Counted from the stretch's first letter, positions 19,101-29,086 are shown. The stretch is DNA of 60,392 bases from Nannocystales bacterium (GCA_050633305.1 JBOEGF010000014.1:271042-331433), one strand, 5' to 3'. The notes: generated by a model from the letters alone, not told the origin. Translations and numbers: made by a program.

Positions 19101-19648
19101 CGCAACGGGTTCTCGATGCCGGCCGCATCCTCGGCCATCCGAACCCTGGAGAGATACCGATACGGGGTCTCGGTCACCGACCGTGTCGCGGGCCGTTGCC
19201 CCAGCTTGGCCCCCACATAGCAAAGCTCCACCGTATACGGCGCCCGCACGTTCTGGTTGACGATGACAGCAATGCGGGCCGTCGTCCCCTTGCGCACGTC
19301 GATGCGTTCGATTGCTGCTCTAGCACCGTCGGTCACTTGGACCCAACGAACCTCGAGCGGTGCGACGTTGCGGTTGTTATGCCCCCGACCGAGTGCGACA
19401 ACGCGATTCGGTCCGGGCCGCTCGGGTTCCGTGATGCGAACGGTTCGGCAGCCCAGCGTCTTCAAGAGCCAGCGCTTCACCTCCTCGGGGGTGCGTAGCG
19501 TGAAATCCCCCACCGCAATCGTTACGGTAAGTCGGTCTTCTTGGTCGCGGCCCAGCGCCCCTCGCGAGATCAACCAGTCGCGAACTTGCGTCTTCTTGAG
19601 GGTGACCCCGCGCTTCGTGACGACCTTCGTGATGTGAGTCCAACGCAT
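16187..19648 (-). CDS. Large multidomain protein: S8 subtilase domain with helical insertion plus C-terminal HExxH metallopeptidase-like domain
   Basis: Triad-like motifs IGVCDTG, HGTNVA, ATGSNE and GVSFGLPVVA. C-terminal LMHEIGHCLGM...CVMYH...FCAAC. No signal peptide. Confidence 0.8.
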   Translation of the reverse strand: MRWTHITKVVTKRGVTLKKTQVRDWLISRGALGRDQEDRLTVTIAVGDFTLRTPEEVKRWLLKTLGCRTVRITEPERPGPNRVVALGRGHNNRNVAPLEVRWVQVTDGARAAIERIDVRKGTTARIAVIVNQNVRAPYTVELCYVGAKLGQRPATRSVTETPYRYLSRVRMAEDAAGIENPLRDLETGATVLPCDEARWKIRWQYKLMREFTVVGLETGNGPELIEATLLGRDGVLLHRSVLRVNVTAPANPVGAFAAFSMANADAFAGDDAWFSLIQDASSDDVKADEAKIGVCDTGVFDDELDGNYLKPRMVGAKYFHSIPNPGDDDNEEDGDRDRVTVDDGDLLLDEPSKHGTNVAAQASYGSGDIKILDLMVQKGQTLGAITPAATARAFNWAADQGVCVVNCSKILPFREDAVQAVVNHNNVRNQVLFLATGSNEQCSFPFFWNEIRNAHIQRSTVGEAEVPRNPHNTLFVGGCMQNGSKHASRGYGPGIDVMVPSDQTELYTPKTLLEAFRLPQIHRFRTSLRTRLQQCRQRLANEPNMVQGQLNMVERNMVLPDLERRERAQKLSERQRLQLQEFRNRTQLHANPLVALRGGYDNVLALLDDWDWPDDDLVANCDTVLGWVRFLQALTVALPDQNIGNVNVDDAWDDDIWGRIVLVNRRHRDTINREIIDEMQVKGVVPTYQEVLAAQNDYTGLAGDKGVSFGLPVVANIAAKLKLLRAATTSNATKRVLIDTSDYTRGFEGHCLAKGIVNPLRAYFAVFDNVVAQNGTDPRVGGPAVSDDIEAERRLYYSVFCMDDEGQALYDAVKAELKQTFAASNVDLIEAEPPIRIPSEIHTYVTDQKIARWNWKNIVDLQHGLTHAPRHIRIILASQSATPLGAELHNVTWHPDVEHDDEDNPRWATPNPDTYQPPFGGPCPYQSELLDIAQDQDAWTCRIQLRHPEQRIVLPHRLDHIIEELRIGDIPTQTFRVRRVNDHRALVTVPVQGNEALQQHADLRLKVRVVQELGGNRDGKNIFVNTNYLSGTNGTAAARRSTLVLLMHEIGHCLGMVPTNANLHYDQTYGGEGDHCGHNTTNVANDLAVNYGIPADGVGGQVKVPIALTDPDGHGNDVPCVMYHTRSAAHHRSRFCAACVDAIRDSDEGQWLA

Positions 19649-19687
19649 GGGTTGTCTCCAATGCCGCAGTCGCGGGTCGAGGTTGTT

Positions 19688-20323
19688 TCAGCCTGAGTAG
19701 GCTTTGGTGAGAGCGTCGGACGTTCCGTCGTTGAACGTCCCCGTCGGCTCCAGCTCGTTGTCGATCTGGAATTCGACGAGGGCGTCTTGAAAGCGCTCGT
19801 CCCCCTCCTCGAACTCGAGCGGACCTGCGTAGTAGCCGAGGCTACGCAGGCGCCCGGCAACACCGCGAAGCGAGTCCAGCGGCTCGAGGCAGCGCAGCGA
19901 GAACGTGTATTCCTCATTCTCGTGAAAGCGCACCACCGCCGTGCGAGCATTCGGCGGAACGTAGTGCTCGAGCACACCGTCGTCGTCGGTCTCCCGGTCG
20001 TTCGAAAGCACGACCCCATCGACCTCCAGTTCGTACGGGGCGTTGGCCCGGGGCTCATCTTCGATCGCGAAAGTCAGCCGCAGGGTCTCCGGCACTCCCT
20101 TGCGGCGGAAGCGATGGACTTTGCCCGTAGGTGCGTCGACTTCCTTGCTGCGCAGCTCGGGGACGTTGACCACGTCCCCCGCTGTGAGGATGTAGGGATC
20201 CCCGCGGAGTTCCCTGAGGTCTGCATTCTCCTCCACGTTCCACAACGTCTCGGGAAAGAAACCGTGGGAGAACGCAATGCTGGCAATGCATTCCCCCTGT
20301 GTGACGACGTGTCGCGTAGGCAT
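19688..20323 (-). CDS. LysM plus peptidoglycan-binding domain protein
   Basis: HVVTQGECIASIA...LWN...N..LR...P.IL..GD.V.VP (LysM). C-terminal RLRSLGY...ALVEFQIDNELEPTG (PG-binding 1). Confidence 0.85.
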   Translation of the reverse strand: MPTRHVVTQGECIASIAFSHGFFPETLWNVEENADLRELRGDPYILTAGDVVNVPELRSKEVDAPTGKVHRFRRKGVPETLRLTFAIEDEPRANAPYELEVDGVVLSNDRETDDDGVLEHYVPPNARTAVVRFHENEEYTFSLRCLEPLDSLRGVAGRLRSLGYYAGPLEFEEGDERFQDALVEFQIDNELEPTGTFNDGTSDALTKAYSG

Positions 20324-21086
20324 GGTCGCTGTTTGTAGTGGTACGCACGAACCACGGCTCGAACAATGTCAGCGGAGTGTCGAGTCGATGCCCGGGGGCG
20401 GCCAGCCAGCCTGCGCGGCGATGGCATGTTTGCAGTCGATGGGCGCCGAGATCTTGAGGCGCTCGCCGAGTCAAACGGGACGCCTTGGCGACGTGCTGGT
20501 ACCGACGCATCGGCCGCAAGGGTTCGCGTGAACCGAGAGCGGACGAGTAAGCCCGGCGCGAAGGTGCTCGAGAGGAGCCCGCCGCCGGCGGCTAGAGGTG
20601 AACTGACGGGGTCTCTCACGACCGGTGTGTCCGTCGGGCTTCTTGGGGCGCTCCCGGCCCCACGTGTCCTTTTTGGCCTCGAGTGTCGAGGCGGTCCTTG
20701 GAGGCGGTCTTCGCGGATGCGTGGCGAAACCCACGGGTCCGTCGAGCCGCCTTGGAGCAGGAACTCTCGGCTGAAAGCGCTGCTGACTTCCTGGCCGTAT
20801 TGCGCGGATTGGATGCAACAGCTGGCGATTGAGCTGACTGATATGAACTCACCGCATTCGAAGAAGAAGTCTGACGAACTCATCCGGAGCTGGAGCGCAA
20901 CTCGAGGAGGAGAAGAGGCTCGCGATGCGAGCGAGGCCCTCTGGGAGTATTGGAGCGAGTGGCCGTCGGCGACGATGCGTTCGACGTGGCGCTCTACTTC
21001 CGAGCGTTGCGTGTACCTGTGCGAGGGTGCGGGAACATCGTGGGCGAGGTTGTTCGTCGGGACCGGCTGCTTTCGCCGGGGTCCCG

Positions 21087-22178
21087 CTACGCGGGGGGGA
21101 TGACCGTGGCCGAGAACGCACCGATGCAGTGCAACTCCACCTGTGGGGTGGGGCCCAAGCATCCGGAAAGGCACTTCAGTTTCGTCGGGGCCGAGGTCAT
21201 CGCGACCACTTCACCGCCGGTGGTCCGGAGCTTCGCGCCACTTGGGACGGCGGCATACGTCGGCCTCGTCGCACCGTACCCGGCCGGAACGCCGCCGGGG
21301 ATCCCCACAGACTTCGTTGGGATCGAAGCTTCGTCGATCCACCCCACTGCATAGGTTCGCTCTTCGAGCACGAAGTTGGCTGCAACCAGCGCGCGTCCAC
21401 CTTTGCCTCTGCCAAGGCGTTGGATGGTGATCGGACCCGAGAGTTTCGCGAACGCGTCGCCATCGGGTTTGTCCGTCATCACGAGGCCCCCCATGGGAAA
21501 AGAATCGACTCTCTTCGAGTTGGGGAGTGTGCGGGGATCCTCAGTAGCGAGTTCGTAGGCTTTCCCGACCGCGGAATCGGGAATCCAGCCCTTTCCCTCG
21601 ACAGCCTCGACCTGGATGGAGACCTCGAGCATGCCGTCGAGTTCGCGCTGAACATCCAGCGGCGTGCCGGGGACGAGGGAGAGTCCGATCTCCGGCTTCA
21701 TCGTCTTGGCATCCGCCGTGGGAGTGGCGACGACGAACGTCGTGGTGACCGGACGCAGCGCATCGGGATTCACCCAGACCTGGGTCGTAACTGCTTCGGA
21801 CGCACAGACGACGCGTAGTCGCTCGCCCTCGCCTGCGTCGGGGTTGGCGATTGTGGGCAAGCCTTGCGAGAAAGGAGCGCGCGACCGTTCGACCCGCCCG
21901 ATGGGCGTGTCTCCGTCCGTGGTGGGGTAAACAAGAACACGCTCGGTGAAAGCCGCGCGATGCGAGCAGCCTTCGGATCCGGGGCAAGGGCTTTCGAAGT
22001 CGTCCTGCGCAGCAGCGGGTTCGGACGTTGTCTCGGGTTCTGCAGCGAGAGGTTGTTCACCAGCAGCCGAGGGAGCGGTCGCGACCGACTCCGTCGGAGT
22101 TTCGACGTCTCGAGGGGTCGCACTCGGTGCGCAGCCGAGAGCGGTCATGAGAAACAGCAGTGGGGCTCGGACGCACAT
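21087..22178 (-). CDS. Hypothetical lipoprotein
   Basis: Lipobox ALGC after ATG 22178, a Pro/Thr/Glu linker, and a long ORF with natural composition. Confidence 0.7.
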   Translation of the reverse strand: MCVRAPLLFLMTALGCAPSATPRDVETPTESVATAPSAAGEQPLAAEPETTSEPAAAQDDFESPCPGSEGCSHRAAFTERVLVYPTTDGDTPIGRVERSRAPFSQGLPTIANPDAGEGERLRVVCASEAVTTQVWVNPDALRPVTTTFVVATPTADAKTMKPEIGLSLVPGTPLDVQRELDGMLEVSIQVEAVEGKGWIPDSAVGKAYELATEDPRTLPNSKRVDSFPMGGLVMTDKPDGDAFAKLSGPITIQRLGRGKGGRALVAANFVLEERTYAVGWIDEASIPTKSVGIPGGVPAGYGATRPTYAAVPSGAKLRTTGGEVVAMTSAPTKLKCLSGCLGPTPQVELHCIGAFSATVIPPA

Positions 22179-22530
22179 TCCTACGCGGAAGCTATCACCC
22201 GTGGCTACGCCCCAGGTCGAGCCAAGCTGGGTCCGGATGCCTGCGATGCGGCGGGTCTGCCCAGGGCATGCTCGCCGGCCGCTAGGAAGCTCGGGCCAAG
22301 GCGTTTGGAGGCCAGTCAGAACCACGACCACGAGGAGCCGCCCCCACCTTGATGCGGGCGCGGGGAGCCCGCTACCGCAGCGCTCGACGTTGGAGGTGCT
22401 GGCGCCATCTTCGCAAACCGCAGCGTGGTGTCGCGCGACTTCCGGAAGATGACACACGGCACAGCCAAGGCCCTGTTTGCGGGTGGTCGAGACTTTCCAA
22501 CCGAGCAGGGCAGTATCGTTCCCCGAAGAC

Positions 22531-24615
22531 ATGATTGTTGTGAACCGTTCTCCGTGGCTGAAGCACTCCGCTCCTCTGTTCGCCGGCGCAACCTTGTTGG
22601 CCCTCACCCCCTCCGCGGCCCAAGCGATGGACCCCTTCGAGGACTCCACTCCGTTGGTCAACAACATGACTGCCACCAGCGGAGCGCCCATGGGTGTCGC
22701 GGACATGAACGGGGACGGTCTCGACGACATCGTTCGCCTCGACGACACGCGCTACCTCGAGATCGAGTACCAGCAGCCCGACGGCACGTTCGAGGTCAGT
22801 GCAACGATCGACACGTTCGTTCAGTCCTGGTCCATCGCCATCGCTGACGTCGACGGCAACGGCTTCAACGACATCTTCCTCGGCGGTGCCTTCGACGACA
22901 AGCTGTTGTACCTCGCCAATGACGACGGCAGCGCCTACTCGGAATCGAGCCTGCCGGGACCGGGCATCTTCGTGCAGTGTTCCAGCTTCGCCGACATCAA
23001 CAACGACGGCGATCTGGACTTCTTCGTCTGTTCCGACACCAGCAAGTCCCTCGTCTACCACGGCGATGGAACGGGGACGCTGACGGCGACGTATGAGGCG
23101 TTGGACCCCGAGTCCACCGTTCCCTCGGACGACTCGGGCAACTACGGCAACGTGTGGACCGACTACGATCTCGATGGCGATATCGACTTCTACCTATCGA
23201 AGTGCCGGCAGGGCGTCAACAACCCTGAGGACGGCCGTCGCCTCAATCAGCTGTTTCGCAACAATGGCGATGGCACGTTCACCGATGTGGCGCCGGACGT
23301 CGGACTACGCCCGCGGGGGCAGACGTGGGCCTCCGACTTCGCCGATATCGACAACGACGGCGACCTCGACGCGATCGTGCTCAACCACGACTACGTTGCA
23401 GCAGACGCGCCGAGCGAGCTCTACGAGAACGACGGGACGGGCATCTTCTCGCCCATCACCGATGCGGCGGGGGTTCGAGGAGCTCTCGACTCCGTCGGGC
23501 TGGGGATTCAGACCTACTTCGGGGACTTCGACAACGATGGCTACGTGGACCTGCTGATCTCGACGGGCGATGGGGACCACCAGGTTCTCTTCAACGATGG
23601 CGACGGCACGTTCAGCGTGGACAACTCGGTCCTGCCCAGCGACGACGACGTTCAGAGCTTCGCCATCGGTGACCTCAACCATGACGGCGCGCTGGATATC
23701 GTCGCGGGGTACGGAGCCGGTTTCAACCAGCCCACCAACAACCCAGACCGGCTGCTGCTCAATCCAGCCAACAACGGCAACAACTGGCTCGAGGTTCGGT
23801 TGACCGGGACCACCAGTAACCGTGCGGGCATCGGGGCGGTGGTGCGCATCACGGGCAGCTGGGGCACTCAAACCCGGGAATTCCGGGCCGGTGAAAGCTA
23901 CGGCATCAGCCACAGCCACACCGAGCACTTCGGGCTGGGCCCCGATGAAACGATCGACACGGCCACGATTACCTGGCCTTCGGGAACGGTCGATGTCATC
24001 GAAGACGTCGGAGCCAACCAGGTCGTTCATGTCTTCGAAGGGTGCGAGACGGAGTTCTTCGTCGATGCTGACGGAGACGGGTTCGGCGACCCATCCACAG
24101 GGGAGGTGTCGTGTTTCAAGGCAGAGGGCCGTGTCGAGGACGCGACCGATTGCGCCGACGACGAACCGAACAACTTCCCGGGCAATGCCGAGGTCTGCGA
24201 CGAAGAGGACAACAACTGCAACGACGAAGCCGACGACGGCATCGACTGCGGAGCCGGCAGCTCGGGCGGAGACGAGTCCGGTACCAGCGGTGGCGGTGGC
24301 TCGAGCAGCGACAGCGGCGTCGACCCGACTGGCGACTCGGACGGCACCACCACTGGACCCGTCGACCCGATGGGAACGTCGAGCACTTCGGACGGCAACC
24401 CGACCACGGGCACGCCGACGACCGCCGGGCCGACCGATCCTTCGGGCGCGGCCGACTCGACGGGCTCGGGCACCGACGGGGAAACCGACGGTAGTCCAGG
24501 CCAAGCCGACGGCGGTGGATGTTCCGTCGGCACATCGGGGGACGGCGACGTGTCGCCGTTCCTCTTGCTCGGCCTGGTCGCACCCCTCGCCCGACGCCGC
24601 AAGCGTCGGTCGTAG
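22531..24615 (+). CDS. FG-GAP/VCBS repeat plus ASPIC-UnbV (CRTAC1-like) surface protein with MYXO-CTERM
   Basis: Repeated DxNGDGLDD/DIDNDGDLD motifs, NRAGIGAVV...HFGLG...WPSG (ASPIC), DADGDGFG...EVCDEEDNNCN motif, and C-terminal GGGCSV...RRRKRRS. Confidence 0.92.
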   Translation: MIVVNRSPWLKHSAPLFAGATLLALTPSAAQAMDPFEDSTPLVNNMTATSGAPMGVADMNGDGLDDIVRLDDTRYLEIEYQQPDGTFEVSATIDTFVQSWSIAIADVDGNGFNDIFLGGAFDDKLLYLANDDGSAYSESSLPGPGIFVQCSSFADINNDGDLDFFVCSDTSKSLVYHGDGTGTLTATYEALDPESTVPSDDSGNYGNVWTDYDLDGDIDFYLSKCRQGVNNPEDGRRLNQLFRNNGDGTFTDVAPDVGLRPRGQTWASDFADIDNDGDLDAIVLNHDYVAADAPSELYENDGTGIFSPITDAAGVRGALDSVGLGIQTYFGDFDNDGYVDLLISTGDGDHQVLFNDGDGTFSVDNSVLPSDDDVQSFAIGDLNHDGALDIVAGYGAGFNQPTNNPDRLLLNPANNGNNWLEVRLTGTTSNRAGIGAVVRITGSWGTQTREFRAGESYGISHSHTEHFGLGPDETIDTATITWPSGTVDVIEDVGANQVVHVFEGCETEFFVDADGDGFGDPSTGEVSCFKAEGRVEDATDCADDEPNNFPGNAEVCDEEDNNCNDEADDGIDCGAGSSGGDESGTSGGGGSSSDSGVDPTGDSDGTTTGPVDPMGTSSTSDGNPTTGTPTTAGPTDPSGAADSTGSGTDGETDGSPGQADGGGCSVGTSGDGDVSPFLLLGLVAPLARRRKRRS

Positions 24616-24729
24616 TAGCCCCGGCGGTGGCCCTGCGGGGGCCGATTCGGCTGCCGAGCTAGGGCGGTTTGGAGGTCCACGTTGCGGGGGCCGCGAGCTT
24701 CGTCTGCATGACGGCAAGCCGTCCTGGAT

Positions 24730-25998
24730 TCAGCCGGGCCAGGTCGCGGACCGCGTCAGGTCAGCATGGAATTCGAAGTGGAGTGGGCCTACGGCAAGCT
24801 CCGACGACCCGCCGAGCTGAATGCGACCACGGCTGCGGTCGGTGGTGACGTCCACACTGACGATGTCCCGGAACAGCAACGGGCCCACCGAGACCCCGTC
24901 GACCGTCGCTTCGGCGGCGGCGAATTCGAGTTCCAGCGCTTCGATCTGCTGGAGGCCACTCGACGGATCCACGGTCACGGCGGTCGGCTGCAGTGTCGAG
25001 AGGTGAGCATCCGTGACAACGACGTCGTGGGTGGCTCCCGTATCGTCGGTGAAGGGAAAACTCAGGGACGGCAGCGAAAACGTCATCAGCACTTCCGGTT
25101 CGCAGGGGCCACTCCCGGTACACATCGAGTTGTCGTACGACAGGACACCGTCGGCCAACGCGCTCAGGGGGTTTAGGGGGTCCGAAAACGACAGCTGTGC
25201 GTCCGCTTCCCAGACGGCGCCGCCCATACCCTGAGCCTCGCACGCCGTGAGGTACACAGGCTGAGGCTCGAAGTTCCCGGGATCGCAGTCTCCGTTGCCA
25301 TCCCGCACGATGAGCTCATACAGGAGTTCCGCTCCCTCTGGGTTCAAGGTTTCGAGCGACGTCGCCAGCCATTCTTCGCAGCGTGCAGCGCAGAACTCGG
25401 CCGCGGCGAGGGGCTCCCAGTCCCCCTCAATACACGCCTCGAACGGGTCTAGGGCGAATTCGGATTCGTACTTGTCCTGTTCGTCTTCCTGTTCGTCTTG
25501 GTCTTCGTCGAGTCCCAGCGCGACCTCGAACTGCGCGACACAGGCGGCCGCGTTGGCGTTGGGGTTCTCCGAACCAGCCTCGTCTCCAGTCCCCGCGTCG
25601 CTTGAGATTGCGTAGACGGGAAACGGGTGTTCTTCCAGCGTGCACCCCACCTTGGAGCCGTCTTCCTCGTGGATTGCGGCCAAGGGAAAGTCGCTCGGAT
25701 TCGCGTCCATTTCTCCAGTGTGCTGGTTCTCGGACTGCGAGCACGCCGCGGACATCGCTGCCTTCGTCACCCCGCCGTCAATGTTGCGGTTGATGCAGAC
25801 TTGTTCGGGCTCATCCTCGTTGGCCGAGGCGCCCGGTTCACACGCGACGACCCAGCCGTTGTCGACAGGCTCCCAGGCCTCACATGCCCCATGCAGCACT
25901 CCGGCAAGCCCTGTGCCCAGGGCTACAGCGACTCGGATCCCCCACCGTCGAGCTGCGGGAGCAGCATTCGAAGGGCTTCGACTCATCTCGGTCTTCAT
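24730..25998 (-). CDS. Hypothetical Cys-rich acidic exported protein, probable lipoprotein
   Basis: Hydrophobic signal ending HGAC, many cysteines, acidic composition. Confidence 0.7.
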   Translation of the reverse strand: MKTEMSRSPSNAAPAARRWGIRVAVALGTGLAGVLHGACEAWEPVDNGWVVACEPGASANEDEPEQVCINRNIDGGVTKAAMSAACSQSENQHTGEMDANPSDFPLAAIHEEDGSKVGCTLEEHPFPVYAISSDAGTGDEAGSENPNANAAACVAQFEVALGLDEDQDEQEDEQDKYESEFALDPFEACIEGDWEPLAAAEFCAARCEEWLATSLETLNPEGAELLYELIVRDGNGDCDPGNFEPQPVYLTACEAQGMGGAVWEADAQLSFSDPLNPLSALADGVLSYDNSMCTGSGPCEPEVLMTFSLPSLSFPFTDDTGATHDVVVTDAHLSTLQPTAVTVDPSSGLQQIEALELEFAAAEATVDGVSVGPLLFRDIVSVDVTTDRSRGRIQLGGSSELAVGPLHFEFHADLTRSATWPG

Positions 25999-26365
25999 AT
26001 CCAGTACGTGTCGCGAGGAGAGACGTGGTTCACGAGAAAGCGCGTTCCGCCTCGGAAGCATGGTGATCGGGCTGACGGACGTCTCCCGACCTCGCCTCCC
26101 GGTCTGCACCGAGGGCCCATCGAGGTCAGGTTCCCCCTGCGGTCTCCGCAATCCGGTCAAGGGGCGCCCGCGTCGGGGCCTGCGCCTGAAATGATCGCGC
26201 AACGGCGACCGCGACCGCTTCGCCAACCACGTGACCCCCGCGCTTGAGCTGTTGGGCTTGGTCGAACAGGATCGACAAGCCGGCGGAGACCGAGTCTGTG
26301 TCCTCGGAGACGAAGTGTCCCTTCGCCACCCCGGAGACGAGACCCCGTTGGTAGGCTCGCCGGGC

Positions 26366-26806
26366 ATGGTTGACACCACCCTGCCGGACCCTGACACGCT
26401 CTCCGTCTTCCAAACTGACGAGGAACTCGGCACGTTCTGGAGTTGGATCGAGCAGGCGCGCGCGAACGAAGAGGCCTACCGCGCAACGCTGCGAGAACTC
26501 AGCAGCACCCAGCTGGTGCGGTTGGTCTGGACGTTCAAGGAAGTCGAAGACCGGCTCTTCGATGTGCTCGAGGATCTCGAGTTCGAGCCACTGCTCGGCG
26601 AAGACGAGTCGGTATCCGAAGACCGCATCGAGGACTTCTGCGGCTGGATGGTCGTGCAGGGCAGGAGCCAAGTCGAACAGTGGCTCGCTGACCCGGAATC
26701 GCTCGAGGCCAAGGAAGACTTCACCAAAGAGATGGGCATCGACGCCCGCTACATGGCCGAAGAGGAGTACCGAGAGCGTCACGGGGACGGGCCGCCCACC
26801 TACTGA
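26366..26806 (+). CDS. DUF4240-like acidic protein
   Basis: FWSWIEQAR...SEDRIEDFCGWMVVQGR...LADPESL pattern. Confidence 0.6.
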   Translation: MVDTTLPDPDTLSVFQTDEELGTFWSWIEQARANEEAYRATLRELSSTQLVRLVWTFKEVEDRLFDVLEDLEFEPLLGEDESVSEDRIEDFCGWMVVQGRSQVEQWLADPESLEAKEDFTKEMGIDARYMAEEEYRERHGDGPPTY

Positions 26807-26851
26807 CGAAGCTACATCCCCCGAGGACGCCACGGCCGGCGCGGCGAAAGG

Positions 26852-27799
26852 TCACGGCAGGCTTCGGGCCGCGCTGGGGGACCGACCGGTCATCCGCTTG
26901 AACGCGCGGCTGAAGGCGGCCTCGGATTGATAGCCGAGCTTACCCGCGACTTCGGCGATGGAGGCATCGTCCTCGCGCAGCCAGCTGTGGGCGACAGCCA
27001 TGCGCCAACGGGTTGCGTACCGGACGGGCGGTTCACCCAACAGTTCGGAGAACCGAGCGGAGAATGCCGAGCGGGACATACCGGCTTCCTTGGCGAGCTC
27101 CTCGAGGCCGACCTCGCGCTCCGGCTCGCGGTGGATGTGCAAGATGGCCCGGCCGATGCGTTCATCTCGTAAGGCGCCCAGCCATCCAGCGTTGGCTTCG
27201 GGCGCGGTCGACAGCCAGGAACGAACGGCCTGGACGACGATGATGTCACACAGCCGCGTGATGATCGTTTCGCCTCCGGGCCGCAATGACTTGGCTTCGT
27301 CGGCGAGGAAACGGAGCGTGCTTTGCATCCAGTGTGACTCCGCATCGCTCCATGCATCGATGTGGATCAGATTCGGCAGCATCGAGACGAACTTGCTCGC
27401 CACCGGATGGTCGAGGCGCACGGCCCCGCACAGCATCGTCGTTTCTTGGCCACCTCCTCCGTGCTCGACCTGCTCGTAGCGGTCGGAGAGTTTCTGGACA
27501 TCGAGCGAGAAAAAGTCGACCGACGGCTGGCCGGACTCGCTGAGGAGGCGGTGTCCCAAACCGTGGGGGACCAGAGCCAGGTCTCCGGGTTGCAGGCAGC
27601 GCAGGGGGTGTTCCGGAACCTCGATCCAGCAGTGCCCCTGGGTCACGACGTGGAACATGAGGGTGCCTTCGAGCGGCGGCATGTCCACGCCGTACGGGGC
27701 GGTGAAGGTCGAGCGGCAGTAGAACGCACCACTCATTCGCAGGTGGTGCAGCGCTTCGCCGACGGCGTCGATCCGGCCGGGACGGGGGCGGTCGCTCAT
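26852..27799 (-). CDS. AraC family transcriptional regulator (cupin_6 type)
   Basis: FHVVTQGHCW, GDLALVPHG..H, GWLGALRD, AGMSRSAFSARF, LGYQSEAAFSRAFKR. Confidence 0.93.
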   Translation of the reverse strand: MSDRPRPGRIDAVGEALHHLRMSGAFYCRSTFTAPYGVDMPPLEGTLMFHVVTQGHCWIEVPEHPLRCLQPGDLALVPHGLGHRLLSESGQPSVDFFSLDVQKLSDRYEQVEHGGGGQETTMLCGAVRLDHPVASKFVSMLPNLIHIDAWSDAESHWMQSTLRFLADEAKSLRPGGETIITRLCDIIVVQAVRSWLSTAPEANAGWLGALRDERIGRAILHIHREPEREVGLEELAKEAGMSRSAFSARFSELLGEPPVRYATRWRMAVAHSWLREDDASIAEVAGKLGYQSEAAFSRAFKRMTGRSPSAARSLP

Positions 27800-27938
27800 G
27801 CGAGGAAGCATCGCCCGCCGCGGGCGAAGAATCCATGGGACAGGACTTTTGGTCATGAAGTGCGGATGGATGGTCATCGTAAGTCCCGCTGGCGGGGCCT
27901 AGTCTGGAAGCAGCAAGAACAACGAAAGCGAACTCAGA

Positions 27939-28622
27939 ATGAGCGAACAAGACCGAAAACTCGAGATTCTAGTGGTGGGAGCAACGGGCGGATCCGGCCG
28001 TGCGACGGTCGAGCACCTTCTGCGGGAGGGCTGCCGGGTGACGGCGTTCTCCCGCAATGCCTCCCGTTTGGCAGAGCTCTCCCCCGAGCTTCGGATCATC
28101 GACGGTGACGCGAGCAACCCAGACGATGTCCAGCGGGCCGTGCGGGGCCATGACGCGGTGATCGTCACCCTCGGCATTACCGAGAACCCGTTCCGCGTTC
28201 GGCTGATGGGAACAGCACGCACCCCGATCGACATCCGCTCGGTGGGAACGCAAAACGTCATCGAGGCGATGAAGCTACACGGCGTTCGCAAGCTCGTCGT
28301 ACAGACCACCTACGGCATCGGCGAGACCGAGGGCAGGCTCGGGTTCGGAGACCAGTTGTTCTTCAGCCTAATCCTGAAGCCTCAGATCGACGACACGAAG
28401 GTGCAAGAACAGTTCGTACGCCAGAGCGGACTGGACTGGACCCTCGCCCAGCCCGTGCATCTGACGGACGAGACCTCGGGCGCCCCGGCGTTCATCTCCG
28501 ACAGCGGAGAGACCGAAGTCATGAAGATCCCCCGCCGGTCCGTGGGCGGCTTCCTGAGTACCGCAGTGCTGAGCGAGCGATTCGTCGGGAAGTCGGTGGC
28601 GTTGTCGGGGAAGGCGGCATGA
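27939..28622 (+). CDS. NAD(P)H-binding Rossmann protein (flavin reductase/BVR-B-like)
   Basis: ILVVGATGGSG, IIDGDA, QSGLDWTLAQP. Confidence 0.9.
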   Translation: MSEQDRKLEILVVGATGGSGRATVEHLLREGCRVTAFSRNASRLAELSPELRIIDGDASNPDDVQRAVRGHDAVIVTLGITENPFRVRLMGTARTPIDIRSVGTQNVIEAMKLHGVRKLVVQTTYGIGETEGRLGFGDQLFFSLILKPQIDDTKVQEQFVRQSGLDWTLAQPVHLTDETSGAPAFISDSGETEVMKIPRRSVGGFLSTAVLSERFVGKSVALSGKAA

Positions 28623-29086
28623 CGACCCTGGTGTTCATCGCCGCCTTCGCTTCGGCGTTGCTGGGCGGCATGTTCTTCGCGTTCTCGTCGTTCGTCATGC
28701 CCGCGCTTGGCAACATCGCGCCGCACGAGGCGATGAGGGCGATGCAGCGCATCAACATCGACGTCTTTTGTTGGTCGTTTGCAGCCGTGTTCTTCGGTGT
28801 GCCGATTGCGTCGCTGGGCCTCGTTGGCTACGCGGTGCTCCACTGGTCGGAACCTTGGTCGGGGTCTCTGCTGGCGGGCGGCCTTCTCAACACCGTGGGG
28901 TCGCTGGGCGCCACGGCGCGCGGGAACGTCCCGCTGAACGAGAGGCTGGCGAAGCAGTCGTCCTCGTCCGCCGACGCGAACTCCTACTGGACGGCGTACG
29001 CGAAACCCTGGGTTCGCTGGAACAGCCTACGCGCGGCCGCGAACCTGTGCGCGGCGGCGGTGTTGTTCGCCGCGCTGGTGCCGTAG
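28619..29086 (+). CDS. DUF1772/anthrone oxygenase family membrane protein
   Basis: GMFFAFSSFVMPAL...AMQRIN...NVPLNERLA...W..Y...W.RWN. ATGA overlap with the upstream gene. Confidence 0.9.
   Translation: MTTLVFIAAFASALLGGMFFAFSSFVMPALGNIAPHEAMRAMQRINIDVFCWSFAAVFFGVPIASLGLVGYAVLHWSEPWSGSLLAGGLLNTVGSLGATARGNVPLNERLAKQSSSSADANSYWTAYAKPWVRWNSLRAAANLCAAAVLFAALVP

Noticed and set aside
20366..21103. 245-aa ORF or degraded gene between the LysM gene and the lipoprotein
   Set aside because: No recognisable motifs. Protein-like patches are scattered across frames with stops, so it is possibly a relic but not supportable.
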